Both the position numbers and the translations under genes were made by a program. A stretch of 64,000 nt of DNA from Harriotta raleighana (Eukaryota): NCBI GenBank assembly GCA_050575255.1, contig JBNZDD010013683.1, positions 1,276,191-1,340,190 on the forward strand. The letters run 5' to 3'. Shown here piece by piece: positions 50,049 through 62,392 of this stretch; the stretch's first letter is position 1; every line of letters starts with the position of its first letter. Below the pieces are notes generated by a model that made no database searches, was not told the DNA's origin, and was given only the letters and a program-made list of their open reading frames with translations.

Positions 50049-53000
50049 TGTCCCTGTGAGTGAATTGGGAGCATTCATCATTTTGTGCACTTTCCTACTT
50101 TTTGGATTTTGCCTCTTCCATCTTGCCAGCAAATAAATGCCATCGTCCCATTTGGACAGCTTCAATGAAGAGACTGGAACCGAATTGGAAAACACTGAAG
50201 ACTGAAGCGTCATATCACCCAGAGGATTGCAATTTATTCTTAAAGACTGCTTGTGCAAGCACATCACGCAAACAAGTGGATCTATTTTGTATCTCTAGCA
50301 GAGGGGTTGAACGACACCTGAACGCCATATAATGTAGCTTCTCAACAGCCCTAAAGCAACTTTATGTTTTAATCATAATACTATTCAAGTATTTAGATTT
50401 GGCAGTTGTACATTTTCTTGCAGCAATATATAATGGGTTTTACCAATTCCTTGATGTAAGATAAGTATCAATCGATGGTTCCCATCAGACTGCAGTGATC
50501 TTTACACTTGCTTGATTTGTTTTTATGCAGGAGCATCACCGAGCCAAATAATAGCTTCACCATTCAATAATTATCCTTGGATAATTATTTGTAAATAACT
50601 CAAATGAGTTGTTAGGTCATTGAATAGTTTACTCTGTTGACCAGTCACTGAAAGTAGAGGAAATAACTTGACGGCAAACCCCTATAATAGAGGCTTTACT
50701 TTACTTATAAGTTACTAAGAAATAACATCTTCAATAAACATTGCATTTGGAATTTTTCAATATTGTTTCCTAAAGCGTTTCTAATAGCAGTTGTCTGTGG
50801 TGTCAACACAAATTTTAAAAAATGTTAAAATGAGTCAAAATTTCATCCGGGGACTGTTGACAGACAAATGTGAAAGCACCCAAGATATTTTCATTGCTTA
50901 CTTTGGTTTAAAGTAGAATCCACTCCATCTGAGGAAAGACCATTTGGAAACAATATTCTATGAAGCAGCTTGGATAAGTCTCGTGGACTTTACAACTCTG
51001 ACCACAAAAGGAATTGTTTGATGTGGAATGTCCTGTTGGGGGTAATTGTCCAAGCATAAGTTTACAAGCTTTCAAGAGAAATCTCAATGGATATGTGCTT
51101 GTTTTGAAACAGATCTGAATACGAGTGCTTTAACTCAAGAAGGAGATAGATTGAGGAGAGACCCTAACCTGTCCTGGAGAGTAATTTACTGAAGAAGCAT
51201 TGGCAAAAGCTTGGAAGGTAAGCAGTCATCTACCGGGGATGAACTGACACATAAATGTGAAATGTTTCCTTACTCAAAACTGGTGCGAAAATATATTGCA
51301 GAAACACATCAGGTAAAGATTAACAATTTATTCTGTTCATGTATGCTGTAATCTGTATGCCTGAAGTACTACAAGCTATGTTGGTGATAGAAGATCTCAG
51401 TTAAGTATAACAGTCATGTAACAGCACACATTTTTCATTTAAAATGTATAAAATGACAGTTTCTATATAAACCTACGTGTTACACATATGATTCTCAAAC
51501 CAGTCACTTTTTTTTTTATCAAGTGTGCTCAGCACAGCTTTCTGCAGTGGATTTAAATGATCTTGTTTCAAGAATTCAAACAATTTCTAGAAACTAGATG
51601 CTTGTCCCTGGAGGCATACAAGCCATGTTTCTATGGTTGTATTGCTGCTCCAACAATTCCTATAAAGAGATACCATAACTGTTCTCCAAAAAACAAATAC
51701 TGTTTTTCTGAAACAGAAGATTTTGTTTTCAGTTTCTCGCAGACCATATTAGAAGACTTATCTTTTATAAATGAATCAAAATGTGGACATCATATCTAAT
51801 GTTACCTTTTCAATCAAGCCCTTTGGGCCTGTAATTTGGAAACTGTTGCAAACCCAGAAAGGTAGAAGTAAAATTCCACCTGGATTTCTAGATTTAATTT
51901 ATTTTTATTAGCAATTCAGAGGGTCTAGTATTTTGCAAAATTCTTAACAGCCCAATTTTGATTATTTATATAAAAAAAGAACTACAGGAAGCCGGCTTCA
52001 AAGGGAAGACAGAGTTCGTCAATTTGGCAAATTCTGGGTGCTTAGAAATGCTACTTTATTACAATCAGTGCAGAGCAAGGTTGTGAGTCATTGTCATTTC
52101 CTGAATACTCAAAGGCTAAACTGACGGTTACCTTCAGCGATAAGTCCAGTCATAGATATTTTCTCTCCCCTGGTGAAATCTCAGACAGAAAAATGAGTTT
52201 GAGTGAGTACAAATCCATCATCTTTGTCAGCTAAGATTTTCTCCTCTCTGATCTTTAACCTTTAGAAATAAATGCACAGTAGTTAGAGTATGAATGTGGC
52301 AGGACAAGTACAATAGACTGTGGAGGTGTATTTTTAATCGCTTGACATCATGCTGCTTAGAGTTCTTCACATTATTTTAACCCCTTCTATGTTCTGCAGA
52401 GGATATTTGTCTTTGTTGGCCCTCTTTTCGCTGTCATTCAGAGGAATCAATTCAAGATCCTGGTCCTCACCTTCAAAGCCCTCTATGGCCTTGTAATGTT
52501 CAAACCCTTGACTACTGAATAACTTTTTTCCACAATTTTCAAGCCTTCGAACAACGGTTGTGTAGAAAGAGGAACAATTTGATAACATAAAGCAAGTGTA
52601 CTTCCAAAGGCACAGAGATTAAGCCCATTGAAATTTACCCTGCTTGATCAATCTGGCACCCAATGATACTGAATTGCTTGCATTCAAATTGCAGGACCCC
52701 CAGTCAAACTGGCAAATCACCATAGAAAGTCTGAAATACAACGCGAGAAGAATAATTTCCCTTCAACTGGCTGACTAGGATAGCGCTTGTGTCTCTGCAA
52801 CACACACTGTGCATTCTCTGCCAGCATGACTTGGTATTCATTTGAAATTGCTGTTATGCAGGAGCTGCAAGCTATTTATATAAATGAATATAGGGTCCTC
52901 CATCAACAACACAGCTTGCCCTGCTCTCAACTATTGATTACTCTACTATATTCGGCTGACAATTGTAGCCAGCTTCCCCAATAGCCAATTCATCTGCTGC

Positions 53001-53356
53001 AAGGTGTGGGTGAATATCAGCATCTATCCTGTGGGAATGGGATGTTCTCACACAAAACACGCGTGAACCTAATAAACACATCATGAGAAAATACTCACCT
53101 GATCCCAAGACCGCCAGCAAAATACTTGTGCTGTCAAAACATTGATTTCTGTGAGGAAACACATTTTAGTTGTTGGATCGTGGCTGCAAATTGAATCAGT
53201 TTCATTTACACTGATGGGTTGGAAAGAATTCAGCCAAAAGGTGATTGTGAGCTTTGATCTGATTCCTTAAGTAGAAATTTGTATTTCGTCTCAAAAGGCT
53301 GTTGCCTACATTGCTATCAATAATAATAATATTAATCTTTGGATTTATTATTAGTT

Positions 53357-53763
53357 CCCTTCACTCTCTGGCACCTCCCTAGCTCTCCGACCTCCTCACT
53401 CCCCTTTCTACAACCTGGCCCATCCGCTCGACCGGGCTCCCTCCTCCTCATCCATCGCACCCTTCGCCCCACCATTGAAAGTCGCACTTTCATCTACTAC
53501 TCCCAGACACTCTGGGGGATACTCTTTCATTCCCTCCATCTTGCCCTCTCTCTCCTCTTTCTCAAGTCTCAAAAACCTTCCATTGTGATTGTGCTCACAG
53601 CCACTTCCACCACCAACACCCATATCCCCCTACTCCCTCTGCCCCCACTCCTCCCCCCTCCCCAACCCCCCCATTGAGTCCAAGTCAGGCTCTACTACTG
53701 TTAAACCCTCTGAGACCCTACTGTGCATGGAGAGTGCAACATAAATCCAAGTTATTGTTGTTG
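53357..53763 (+). mobile_element. L2 LINE 3' end (type B tail)
   Basis: Translation RTLRPTIESRTFIYYSQTLW...SLHLALSLLFLKS is a decayed L2 ORF2 end; tail ctctgagacc...gcatggagagtgcaacataaatccaagttattgttg. Confidence 0.8.
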
Positions 53764-53814
53764 TGGCACAGCCTTTATTTATGTACCTGCAATTAGGCAA
53801 GAGGCAAAATGACA

Positions 53815-53960
53815 AAGCCACTTGTGGTTGACACTTTCATGTCATAAGCCTGTCTCACAGCACTTCACAGGAATTACTGTAATGTGCAGTGATTGTGTGT
53901 TTTCAAGGTGAATGCAGCAGTTAATTTGTGCAAAGCAGCATGTCACAAACCACCATGAAG
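53815..53960 (-). mobile_element. SINE/Deu 3' fragment, diverged
   Basis: cacttcacaggaattactgtaatgtgcagtgattgtg...aatttgtgcaaagcagcatgtcacaaac. Confidence 0.6.
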
Positions 53961-54450
53961 TGATGTAATGTAAATGGGGAAATAAATAATTACTGCCGGG
54001 CACAAAGCTATTTCATTGGTACCAGCAATTGTAGGAATCTGTCCTCATCCGTGTTGCAATGAAATTATGCCCAACTATTTCTCTGTATCCATAACCTGAA
54101 CAGTAGAACTGAGCTGTTGTTCGAAGTTCCTGAATTACTTATTTTGTTGATGTTGTTGTACTTATTTTGCTGATCAGCCTCTTCCCCAAATGACTGTTAT
54201 GTGTGCGTGCCGTCCAGCTTCAGCAATCAATTGTTTGGAAAATCAATTATATGAAGCTTGATGGAAGCTTTATCATCTCTTATCCTTTCAGAGTGATTCC
54301 TTAACCTCCGATAGTGACAATTATAGTTGGAGGGTAAGTCATAATTCCAACCGTGGGTTGAGAAAAAGTGGCACCTGAAGCAATGGCCTCAAACTACATT
54401 TTCAGAACTTGACAAAGCTCAGCCTTGTTCTAGTTTAAGGCTGTAAAACA

Positions 54451-54545
54451 GTCCCGACCCCTGATTGTTCAGTGCCTTGGGACGACCTCCCGATGTGAAA
54501 GGAATTCTATAAATGTAATTTTGTTGTTGTGGTTGTTGTTGTTGT
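54451..54545 (+). mobile_element. L2 3' tail (type A)
   Basis: cagtgccttgggacgacctcccgatgtgaaagg...aatgtaattttg(ttg)n. Confidence 0.8.
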
Positions 54546-54577
54546 AGAGTCTGTCCCTTACCTTCACTAATTCATTC

Positions 54578-54805
54578 AATAATAATAATTGTTGCATTTC
54601 ATATAAATCCTTTCAGGTCTCAAAGTGTTCACAGGATACAATGTAAAGTGCATTGACTGTGTGTTTTGACTTTTCAAGTGTTTCAAGTTCTCTGGGACTC
54701 TGCCCTGCAGTAGAGATGCTATTTAAATGCAAGGTGCTGTCGTTGTTGTTTTGCAAGTGAACGCAGCAGCCAAATTGCCCATAGCAATGTCCCACAGACA
54801 ACTGG
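54578..54805 (-). mobile_element. SINE 3' half interrupted by an opposite-strand L2 tail (about 54668-54752)
   Basis: SINE sequence stops at gactgtgtgtttt and resumes at gcaagtgaacgcagcagccaaattg; the insert ends aaatgcaaggtgctgtcgttgttg; tgttttg flanks both sides. Confidence 0.65.
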
Positions 54806-56247
54806 GAAGAAAAGTGCTCAAGTAGATCCTCTTTTACTGGCGCAAGTGATGAAGAAAGCAGGTCATTGTTTTCCAACACTTTACCTTGATCACAAAAATA
54901 CTACTGTAGTTGTTATTGTATTTGTCAGCACTGTATCATCAGTCGATGCACTTGACTATTGAAATGACAATACCATTAGGTAGTTAGTTGCACATTGGAA
55001 GCCACAGAAGAGCAAGAAACCGCAGGTTCACATAACACCAAGGAAAAAAGCGTTGTAGCCTTAGTCACATTAGTGAAACATTAAACTTTCATCTCAGGGA
55101 GCGGGCACTTAAGAGCCAACAGACCAGCTCCATCATCTGAGATATGATTTATTGAATCCAGATAGAACTAGGTTACAGAACATCCAGAACAGGACAGATG
55201 CTTCATTTTAAATATCCTGCATTGCAAACCAAAAGGAAAAAATAACAAACCATGATCAGATACGTTCAACAGAGACCAAGAAAGATTGATAATGCGAGTA
55301 AAATAGCATATTGGAAAGAGTGGAAATGGTTGGAATGAATATACCAATAATGAGCCTATCTACTGTGCCAACCGTTGGCTGATTGTACACTATCAGATTT
55401 TCAGGTCTAGTTTCTTGTGCCTCAAACATGTATTCTATATGTAAACACAGTTTATCAGTCGAAGGTTATTTGGATAAAATCCATGCAGGTTCATGTGGAA
55501 GGATAAACATTGTTCCTTCATTTCCAAATAGAAGATTGTAAACTCCCATTCCCACTACTGCTCTCGTCAGACAAGTTTACCCTTCTTAGTTTGTCAGCAT
55601 TGAATGTTTACCATTTTGTCCACCCAATACAGGGTCAGCACATTAGAATGTGTCTGGTTAGCAATGTCAGTATCTGGTGCTAATTCTTGGGGGGGCGGTG
55701 TTCCTCAACACTCAGCATATTAGATACTATATACAGTGAATACTTTCATTTCTTCCTGAATGTTTCAGATTTAATCTATTCGTCTTTAACTGGTTCCAAT
55801 AAGCTAATGGTGGAAATATGGCAGTATGATATCATGTAAAACTGCCACTACCTCTACAGTTCCCGAAAAAAATCTTTCTACAACTCATTTTTAACTGTAA
55901 GATTTTTTCCAATCAATGAAATAGCTTACAGAACTCCTGCAGCTTGGAATGTGCCTTAATAAGCTGCTGGCAACTGTGTTCTTTAAAATCAATCGCAGTA
56001 TATTCACTTTAAAACCTTTAAGTCTTCGGTGAGGGAGCCAAAGAAAGAATGGATGGCACAGCTTTCCGTAAAAAAAACTTTGCTATCAGCTCTCATCCAT
56101 CACCTCGATATGACTAAACTGTTATTGTTTGAAAAAGCAGAGCACATGTTGTGCTACTTTAACAATAGCTAAATTTGCTGGATTTGCATTTGATGGCACC
56201 CCACATCCAACTACTTGTTACCTATAGCAAAAAAAAAGTAAAGTATT

Positions 56248-56375
56248 AATAATAATAATAATCCTTGCATTTGACATAGCGCTCTTCACGGCTTCTAGAC
56301 GTCTCAACCTATTTGTGGGCGAAATGCAGCAGCCAATTGCGCACAACAGTGTCCCACAAACAGTCGTGGATTGAA
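56248..56375 (-). mobile_element. SINE 3' half with internal deletion
   Basis: (aat)n ccttgcatttgacatagcgc...tttgtgggcgaaatgcagcagccaattgcgcac. Confidence 0.85.
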
Positions 56376-57741
56376 TAAAATATTACACAAAGTACAGAGT
56401 AATAAAATCATCGAGTTGGAGATCATTCTCATTGTCAACGACGAACAATATCCTTGGTGCAGAGCAAAATCTTTGCCATTCATCAGGGCTCAGGCCTTCA
56501 TTTTCTAGAGAAGCAAAAGGGGAGCGATTTGAAGGATCTGTAAATTTCCTTTGCTGTGCCTGTTTGGGAACTAAGGGAAACCGATTCAATTACTCAAAGC
56601 AATTCTGTATTTTCTGAACTTGGAAATTGTAAAACACCAGTGCTTGCTTAGAAATCACAGTTGCTTTTAGGTTATAAAGTAATCAGAGCACTGCCAAAAA
56701 CAACTTCTAAAAGTTGTTTGGATCATGTAGTGAGAAGGCAAATATTGTATTATGTAACGTGTTGTGCAGTATGTTTCTGAGCTGCATGAAAATACATATT
56801 AGCAGTGCAGTACAAAGCTTCTTCAACCACTTCAGCAAAGAATCATATTTGTATTTATTGGAAGACCTTTGCTGTATGACATAACACTCTCACTGCGACA
56901 ATTCCAACTGTTACAGTTTAAGGTGACACAACGGGCTCTAGAAAGGTAAATCAGATCTTTTTGATGGTTAGCATGGAGGGGCTCCTGAAATACCCTCCAA
57001 ACAAACACAAGGCACCAGTGGGAAGAGTTATGACACCCTTTTCTGGGCCATAATCAACTCTGTCAGCTTTGCATATTTGCTAGCCTGGAGGTTCGATGCA
57101 ATTTTCTACTTTGTGATTCTCTTCAAATCGTTGTGAGATTTCCTGATGTCTTGCTAGCTTCACTTATTCATGGAGAGTGTTTTCAACCACTGAGCAACTT
57201 CATCCTTGGCCTCTTGTCTGGATGCATCGATTTAGGAGATTGATACTGGTTCTGAACGCGAAGGACATTTTAAGCTTTCTCCCTTTGTCGCAATGAGGCC
57301 CATCTCCTTCCCTACAATTTTGTTTCCGTGCTTCTTTTGGTTCAAGCATGCTGCTTTTCATTCAGATCCTAGACACTGCAAGTATATATCACTCTTCACG
57401 TTCTGTCCCAGAACGCTGATCCGTGATGGAGCCGAGCAGAGGGACAAGCAGGAGGCTGGAGCCAGGCCAGCGGGTGTTGGGGAGTTAACAGCTCAGAGAA
57501 GTAGGGAGGTGCCAGATGATGAAATGAGATGGGAGTTTCTCCTCGTGTTTTGGTGAACAATCCCCCAGATAAATCAATTCACTTCAAGGCTGTTTCTGAG
57601 AACTTGTTCTACCCAATATGGATCCATATTCACCTACAAACATCGAGGAATTAGAGTTGAAAGTAATTACTGCACAGTGTTGTGAGTCGTTTCGACATTA
57701 AAGGCACTGCTAAAGTTCTTTTTTCTAATCTGCCCAACTCT

Positions 57742-58118
57742 TAATAGTAATAATAATCCTTGCATTTGAGAAAGCGCTCTATCACATCTTCGAGACATTT
57801 CAAAGTGCTTCACAGAAAATACTATAAAGTGAATGTAACTGTATATTTTGTGGGGAAACATAGCAGTCATGCACAGCAGTGTCCCACAACAGTCGTGGAA
57901 TGAGGTGACCAATTTATTATTATTCTTTTTGGAAGGAATTATTACTCCCAGAAAAGCGCTCCGCCAATTGATTAACAACCAGGTTTCAACCTATTGCTAC
58001 ATAAACAGTGGGTTGTGGAGGAGTAAGCATACTTGACGAATATTTCACCCTGCTAGGAATCAAACCCAGGTCTCACGCTTGTGAGGCGAGTGCTCTATTC
58101 ACTGGGCTGCAGGACTCC
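57742..58118 (-). mobile_element. tRNA-derived SINE, long form, full length
   Basis: Reverse tail through the extra block (gaaaagcgctccgccaattgattaacaacc) to reverse head gctgcaggactcc. Confidence 0.88.
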
Positions 58119-58689
58119 ACAATGGGAAGTTCCTTTCATCTTTCTCCATAAGATTTTGCTCACGAAAAATTCCATTAGAAAAGAATGAAATGAGAAATTC
58201 TAGGCTGCTATAGCTTCAACAACTGCATGTTTTTTTTCTAATGATTTGTCATGGAGCTTCATTCAATATCTAACTCCCTGAAATTTTAGCACTCTTAAAT
58301 ATTACATTAATATAGATTAATTTTATCAGTACTTACAAGTCGGCTCAGCACAAAGTGTCAGAAACTGTGCAACATCCCCACAGTAGTTCTTCCCAAAGCA
58401 TTGATTTTAAAATCTATTTAAATTCACAATACCATGATAACATCTCCAATGTGCCAGCAGGAGAAACTCAAACTGTGCTTGGCTATACACAATGAAATGA
58501 CCCCGCCACTTCTGGTTTTCGTCAGTTGCAAAAAAATAAGCCTGGAAAGCCATTTTTGAGCCAAAGGATCATAACTTGCCAAAGAAACTTGTTCTCGGCT
58601 TCTACAAAAGCTAAAAAAAAGAAAAATTCCAATTTGTCATCTACTCTCCTCCTCCGTGTCTCTTTCGTTTGTTTTTCCTTCCCTTTAGA

Positions 58690-59190
58690 GGAGATCCACA
58701 GGTGCCAAGTGGCCAATCTTACCTTGTGAGCCAAGGCATTGGCAGGTTATTTGCAGGAAAAGGCATCACAGTTGGGTCTGATCCCATCATCACCCAATAT
58801 CCACACATGCATCAAAACAGGGATCCTTGGCAGCAGTAATAATAGTAATATTAATCCTTCCATTTCATATTGCGCTTTGTCATGTCGTTGAGACATCTCA
58901 AAGCGTTGCACAGAATATATTGTGACAGTGGATTGGTCTGTGGATTTTGTGGAGAATTGCAGCAATCAATTACATACAGCACTCAGGAAGCCAGAATTCT
59001 GGTTAATTGTCCTTTCCACAACCCATTATGTGCTCCAATGATTATGTACCAACCTTCTCATTGCTCAGGATAACTGTAGTGTCCCAACTGAGAAAGTCAA
59101 ACTCATTACAAAACTGGATTTTAAACCTGTAACCTTCTGATATGTCACGATTTCCCGCTTCACCACAGGGAGTGCTTCGTCCGCACGCTC
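58690..59190 (-). mobile_element. Ancient SINE split by a younger SINE tail (58838-58975)
   Basis: Reverse reads ...gcatgtgtggatattgggtgatgatgggatcag...ctgtgatgcc...ggctcaca...ggccacttgg on the left; a tRNA-like head remnant lies on the right. Confidence 0.5.
58838..58975 (-). mobile_element. SINE 3' fragment
   Basis: aatccttccatttcatattgcgctttgtcatgtcgttgagacatctcaaagcgttgcacagaatata. Confidence 0.8.
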
Positions 59191-59460
59191 ATTAAGTGGA
59201 AAAAAAAACTTTTTAATACTTTTTTTTATTATAAATAGGCAGAGAAAGAGAAAAAAAAATGCAAAAGGTTGAATTGAAATGAAAAAGTGAAGATAAATAA
59301 TAGAGAGGAGAGAACGTAGATGGAAGAGAACAGGTTTAAACTTTAATTTTAAGAAAATATAAATGGTTCTTTTTAATTTATTTTAGTTCGGGGAAAATAT
59401 TGCAGTGACAAAAGCTGCCCTGATTTTTTAAGGTTTAAGTTGCTTTATTACTTTATTGCT

Positions 59461-59525
59461 CAGCGTCTTGGGACATCCTCCCAACGTGAAAGGTGCTCTA
59501 TCGATGTAATTTTGTTTGTTTTTGT
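59461..59525 (+). mobile_element. L2 3' tail (type A)
   Basis: cagcgtcttgggacatcctcccaacgtgaaaggtgctcta...atgtaattttg. Confidence 0.8.
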
Positions 59526-60430
59526 AGTAGTAGGTTTTTCATTATCACAGGGCACAGAAACTTTGACCTTAAAGATGGAAGTTGCTATGGATCTGCTGAT
59601 AAAGGGATAAAGGGTTAACTTCTGCATACTCTGTAGAACACAGTGCCTTCTGATGCAACAACACTCAATAAAAACCATGGTGACAAGTTGACAGATGCAC
59701 TTCCTTAAATCAGAGGCACAAGCTATTGCTAAACAGCTAATCAATTTTTTTTGTCCTTAAAGGTTCAGACTTCAGTGAGCAACAGTTGATGTGAAAAATT
59801 CTTTATAAGTTTCTGAAAAAAGGGAAAGTATCAAAATATTGTAATGCCATTATATGTTTTCCTAATCATATCATTAGAACTTTATTACATGTTTTTAATT
59901 CATTGTAATTACCGAAATGCATGAAATGTTTCCAAGATGAAGCGTTTCCAAAGTAAGTAGATGCAACTCTGCTGCTGAATTTCTAATCAATTTAGAGAAT
60001 GCAGTTAATCTTTCATATTTTCCCATCCTTTTTGTAAATTGCTTTCTTTCCTTTCTTAAACTCCTTTTCTCAACATTGCACTGTTCACTGAATGATAAAA
60101 CAGACAGGCGCACTGTTTCCAAGTTTCTGTCAGCCCTTCTGATGTTGAATGGAAGCACCCCTGGAAAGGCCTTGGGCCTTCTGACTTGCTTCCTTGCCTT
60201 TCTTCTAATTCATCCACTTCCCAGTTGACTTGGTTGAGTTCAGGAGCTGGAAGAGCAAAGTATCAAAGTCAATACTGTACTGTATCTGTTTCTCTGCAGT
60301 GCAGGATATCTGTTAGCATTCCATTCCCTTTGCTTCCCTATTGGAGGTCAGGCCTTGAACAAGCATACTCCTATCCCCTGGAACTCCTCCGAGTCGTTTC
60401 TTTCTATGTCTTTTCTTACTATATCTCATT

Positions 60431-60497
60431 CAGATCCTTGGGACACCCTCCTTACGTGAAAGGCGCTCTATAACTATCATTTTGTTTGTAGTTGTTG
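60431..60497 (+). mobile_element. L2 3' tail (type A)
   Basis: ccttgggacaccctccttacgtgaaaggcgctctataa. Confidence 0.75.
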
Positions 60498-61057
60498 CCT
60501 TCAAACAATCCTTCCTAAAAACATATATCCTTGACCATACTTGCAATCAATATCTTTACATGTCTTAGCTCCATGTCCACCATTATAATTGTCAAGTACT
60601 TTGAGGCTTTTTTAAAAATGTGACAAATGTTATATAAATGCGATTAATGTTCCAAATGCTCTTTACTGGGGCAAAATGAAACCTTCCAATTTTCAAGATG
60701 CAATAACTAACTGTCGACTTGAACGACACCGCAATTTTTTCAAGCACAAGAATAATTTTTTGATTTCTATTGAGTTTAAATGTCACCCTCCACTTACCTG
60801 TGTGAATATTACAATCTATTTTATTCACCACATATCAGCAAAGCCAAAACATTTCATCTGAATGAATAAGTCAAGCCTATTTTGAAAGCCACCAGCTTCT
60901 GTTTTAATGTGAAATTATTCACGAGTGCTTGTACAAAGCATCCAATAATCATTGTATTTTGCAAAATAACGTACAGTGAAACAGTGGCATCTGATGTCGT
61001 CAATTACAAAAGCTCCAAAGATTATCTCACTATCTTCACAGTTTTCCTGCATGAAAT

Positions 61058-61213
61058 GAAATTGGTCATTTATCTCAAGGCTGCTTATGGTACATTGCTG
61101 TGCGCAAATTGTCTGCCTTGTTTACCGATAAATACACAGTCCCTGCACTTCACAATAAAATTCTGTGAGACATTTTGACGAGAAGGTGTTACATCAAGAA
61201 CAAGGAATATTAT
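61058..61213 (+). mobile_element. SINE/Deu 3' fragment
   Basis: attggtcatt...cattgctgtgcgcaaattg...cacttcacaataaaattctgtg...caaggaatattat. Confidence 0.7.
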
Positions 61214-61940
61214 CTGAACAGAAATTCACATTAATTCACAAATAAACAATCACTATCTTTGACTGGGATCACGAAGACTTGTGAAATGCAAGAGTGCTAT
61301 CAAGTTTTCTTTTACAGAATTCTTGTTTACAAGCACCTGGACCTCCCTTGACAGACACTTCAATCAAATGTTTAGTCCTTCTTCAAGTCAGTAAATACTT
61401 GGCCCATTGCAACTGCACTGTTTGCAATGTAATACAGCCAAAAAACATGATGATTGTTTTTCTTTGCTATTTCTTAAATCAGTCTTAATCAACATTTGTG
61501 ACTAAGGTATTGTTTATTGGTGTCACCGCAGCACACCTTTGGTTAAAATATTACAGTGCAATATTGTGTGAGGCTGATAAAGCTGCTCCATATTCGGCTC
61601 ACAGACCAGCATCAACCGTAAGGATTATTATACTGTAATAGGCAAATGGGGAGGAGACTCTCCGCACTCACTCAGCTGCAAACTTTCATTTATCATCGAA
61701 CCACCCAGCAGATACAATCTCGTAGAAACCATTGGCAAAGCAAAATAAGGTTAATAAACTGTACAATGAGGTTAAAAGCTTGAAATACTTGTCAATTTCT
61801 TCCAGTTCTCACCTTAGTTCCAATGGCTGTTATGTCTGGGATACATTTGGTGTCTTTCAGAACTGGTGATATAAATTAGTATTCGTACCAGATTTTCACT
61901 GGACCAAATCGTGCAGTAATTTTTTTAATTTGTTTTCTAT

Positions 61941-62002
61941 CAGCGCCTTGGGACGTTCTCCCGACGTGAAAGGCACTATAAATGTAATTTTGATTGATTG
62001 AT
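61941..62002 (+). mobile_element. L2 3' tail (type A)
   Basis: cagcgccttgggacgttctcccgacgtgaaaggcactataaatgtaattttg. Confidence 0.8.
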
Positions 62003-62038
62003 CAGTAACCGAGATTCAGAGCATCACTGTACTTTACT

Positions 62039-62392
62039 GAAGTCCTGTAGTACATTGGTTAGAGAACTCGCTCAGCAAATGGTTTGATGCCTGGGCGGGG
62101 CAAAATCTTAAGCAACTTTCCTTACTCCACATGCCTCTGTTTACCTAACAGTAGATAAGAACATAGTTGTTAGTCGAATGGCAGATTGCTTTCTGGGGAT
62201 GATAGTCCCTTCAAAGGAAAAATCTTAATGTTGTCACTCAAATCAATTTGTTGGACACCGCTGTGCACAATTGGTTGCTGCATTTCACCAACAAAATATA
62301 CAGTCAATTCACTTTACAGTGTGTGCTTTGAAGCACTTTGAGGCGCGTCTTTAAGTGATAAAGGTATTATATCAAAGGGTTACTATTATTAA
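62039..62392 (+). mobile_element. tRNA-derived SINE, long (CORE-retaining) form
   Basis: Head agtcctgtag..., CORE-like ccttactccacatgcctctgtttacctaacagta, extra block, Deu-type 3' end. Confidence 0.82.

Noticed and set aside
57293-57556. GC-richer ORF following an acceptor-like tctgtcccag
   Set aside because: No good donor and no recognisable product
58715-58730. Minus-strand donor CAAG|GTAAGA
   Set aside because: Lies inside an ancient SINE remnant with no matching acceptor
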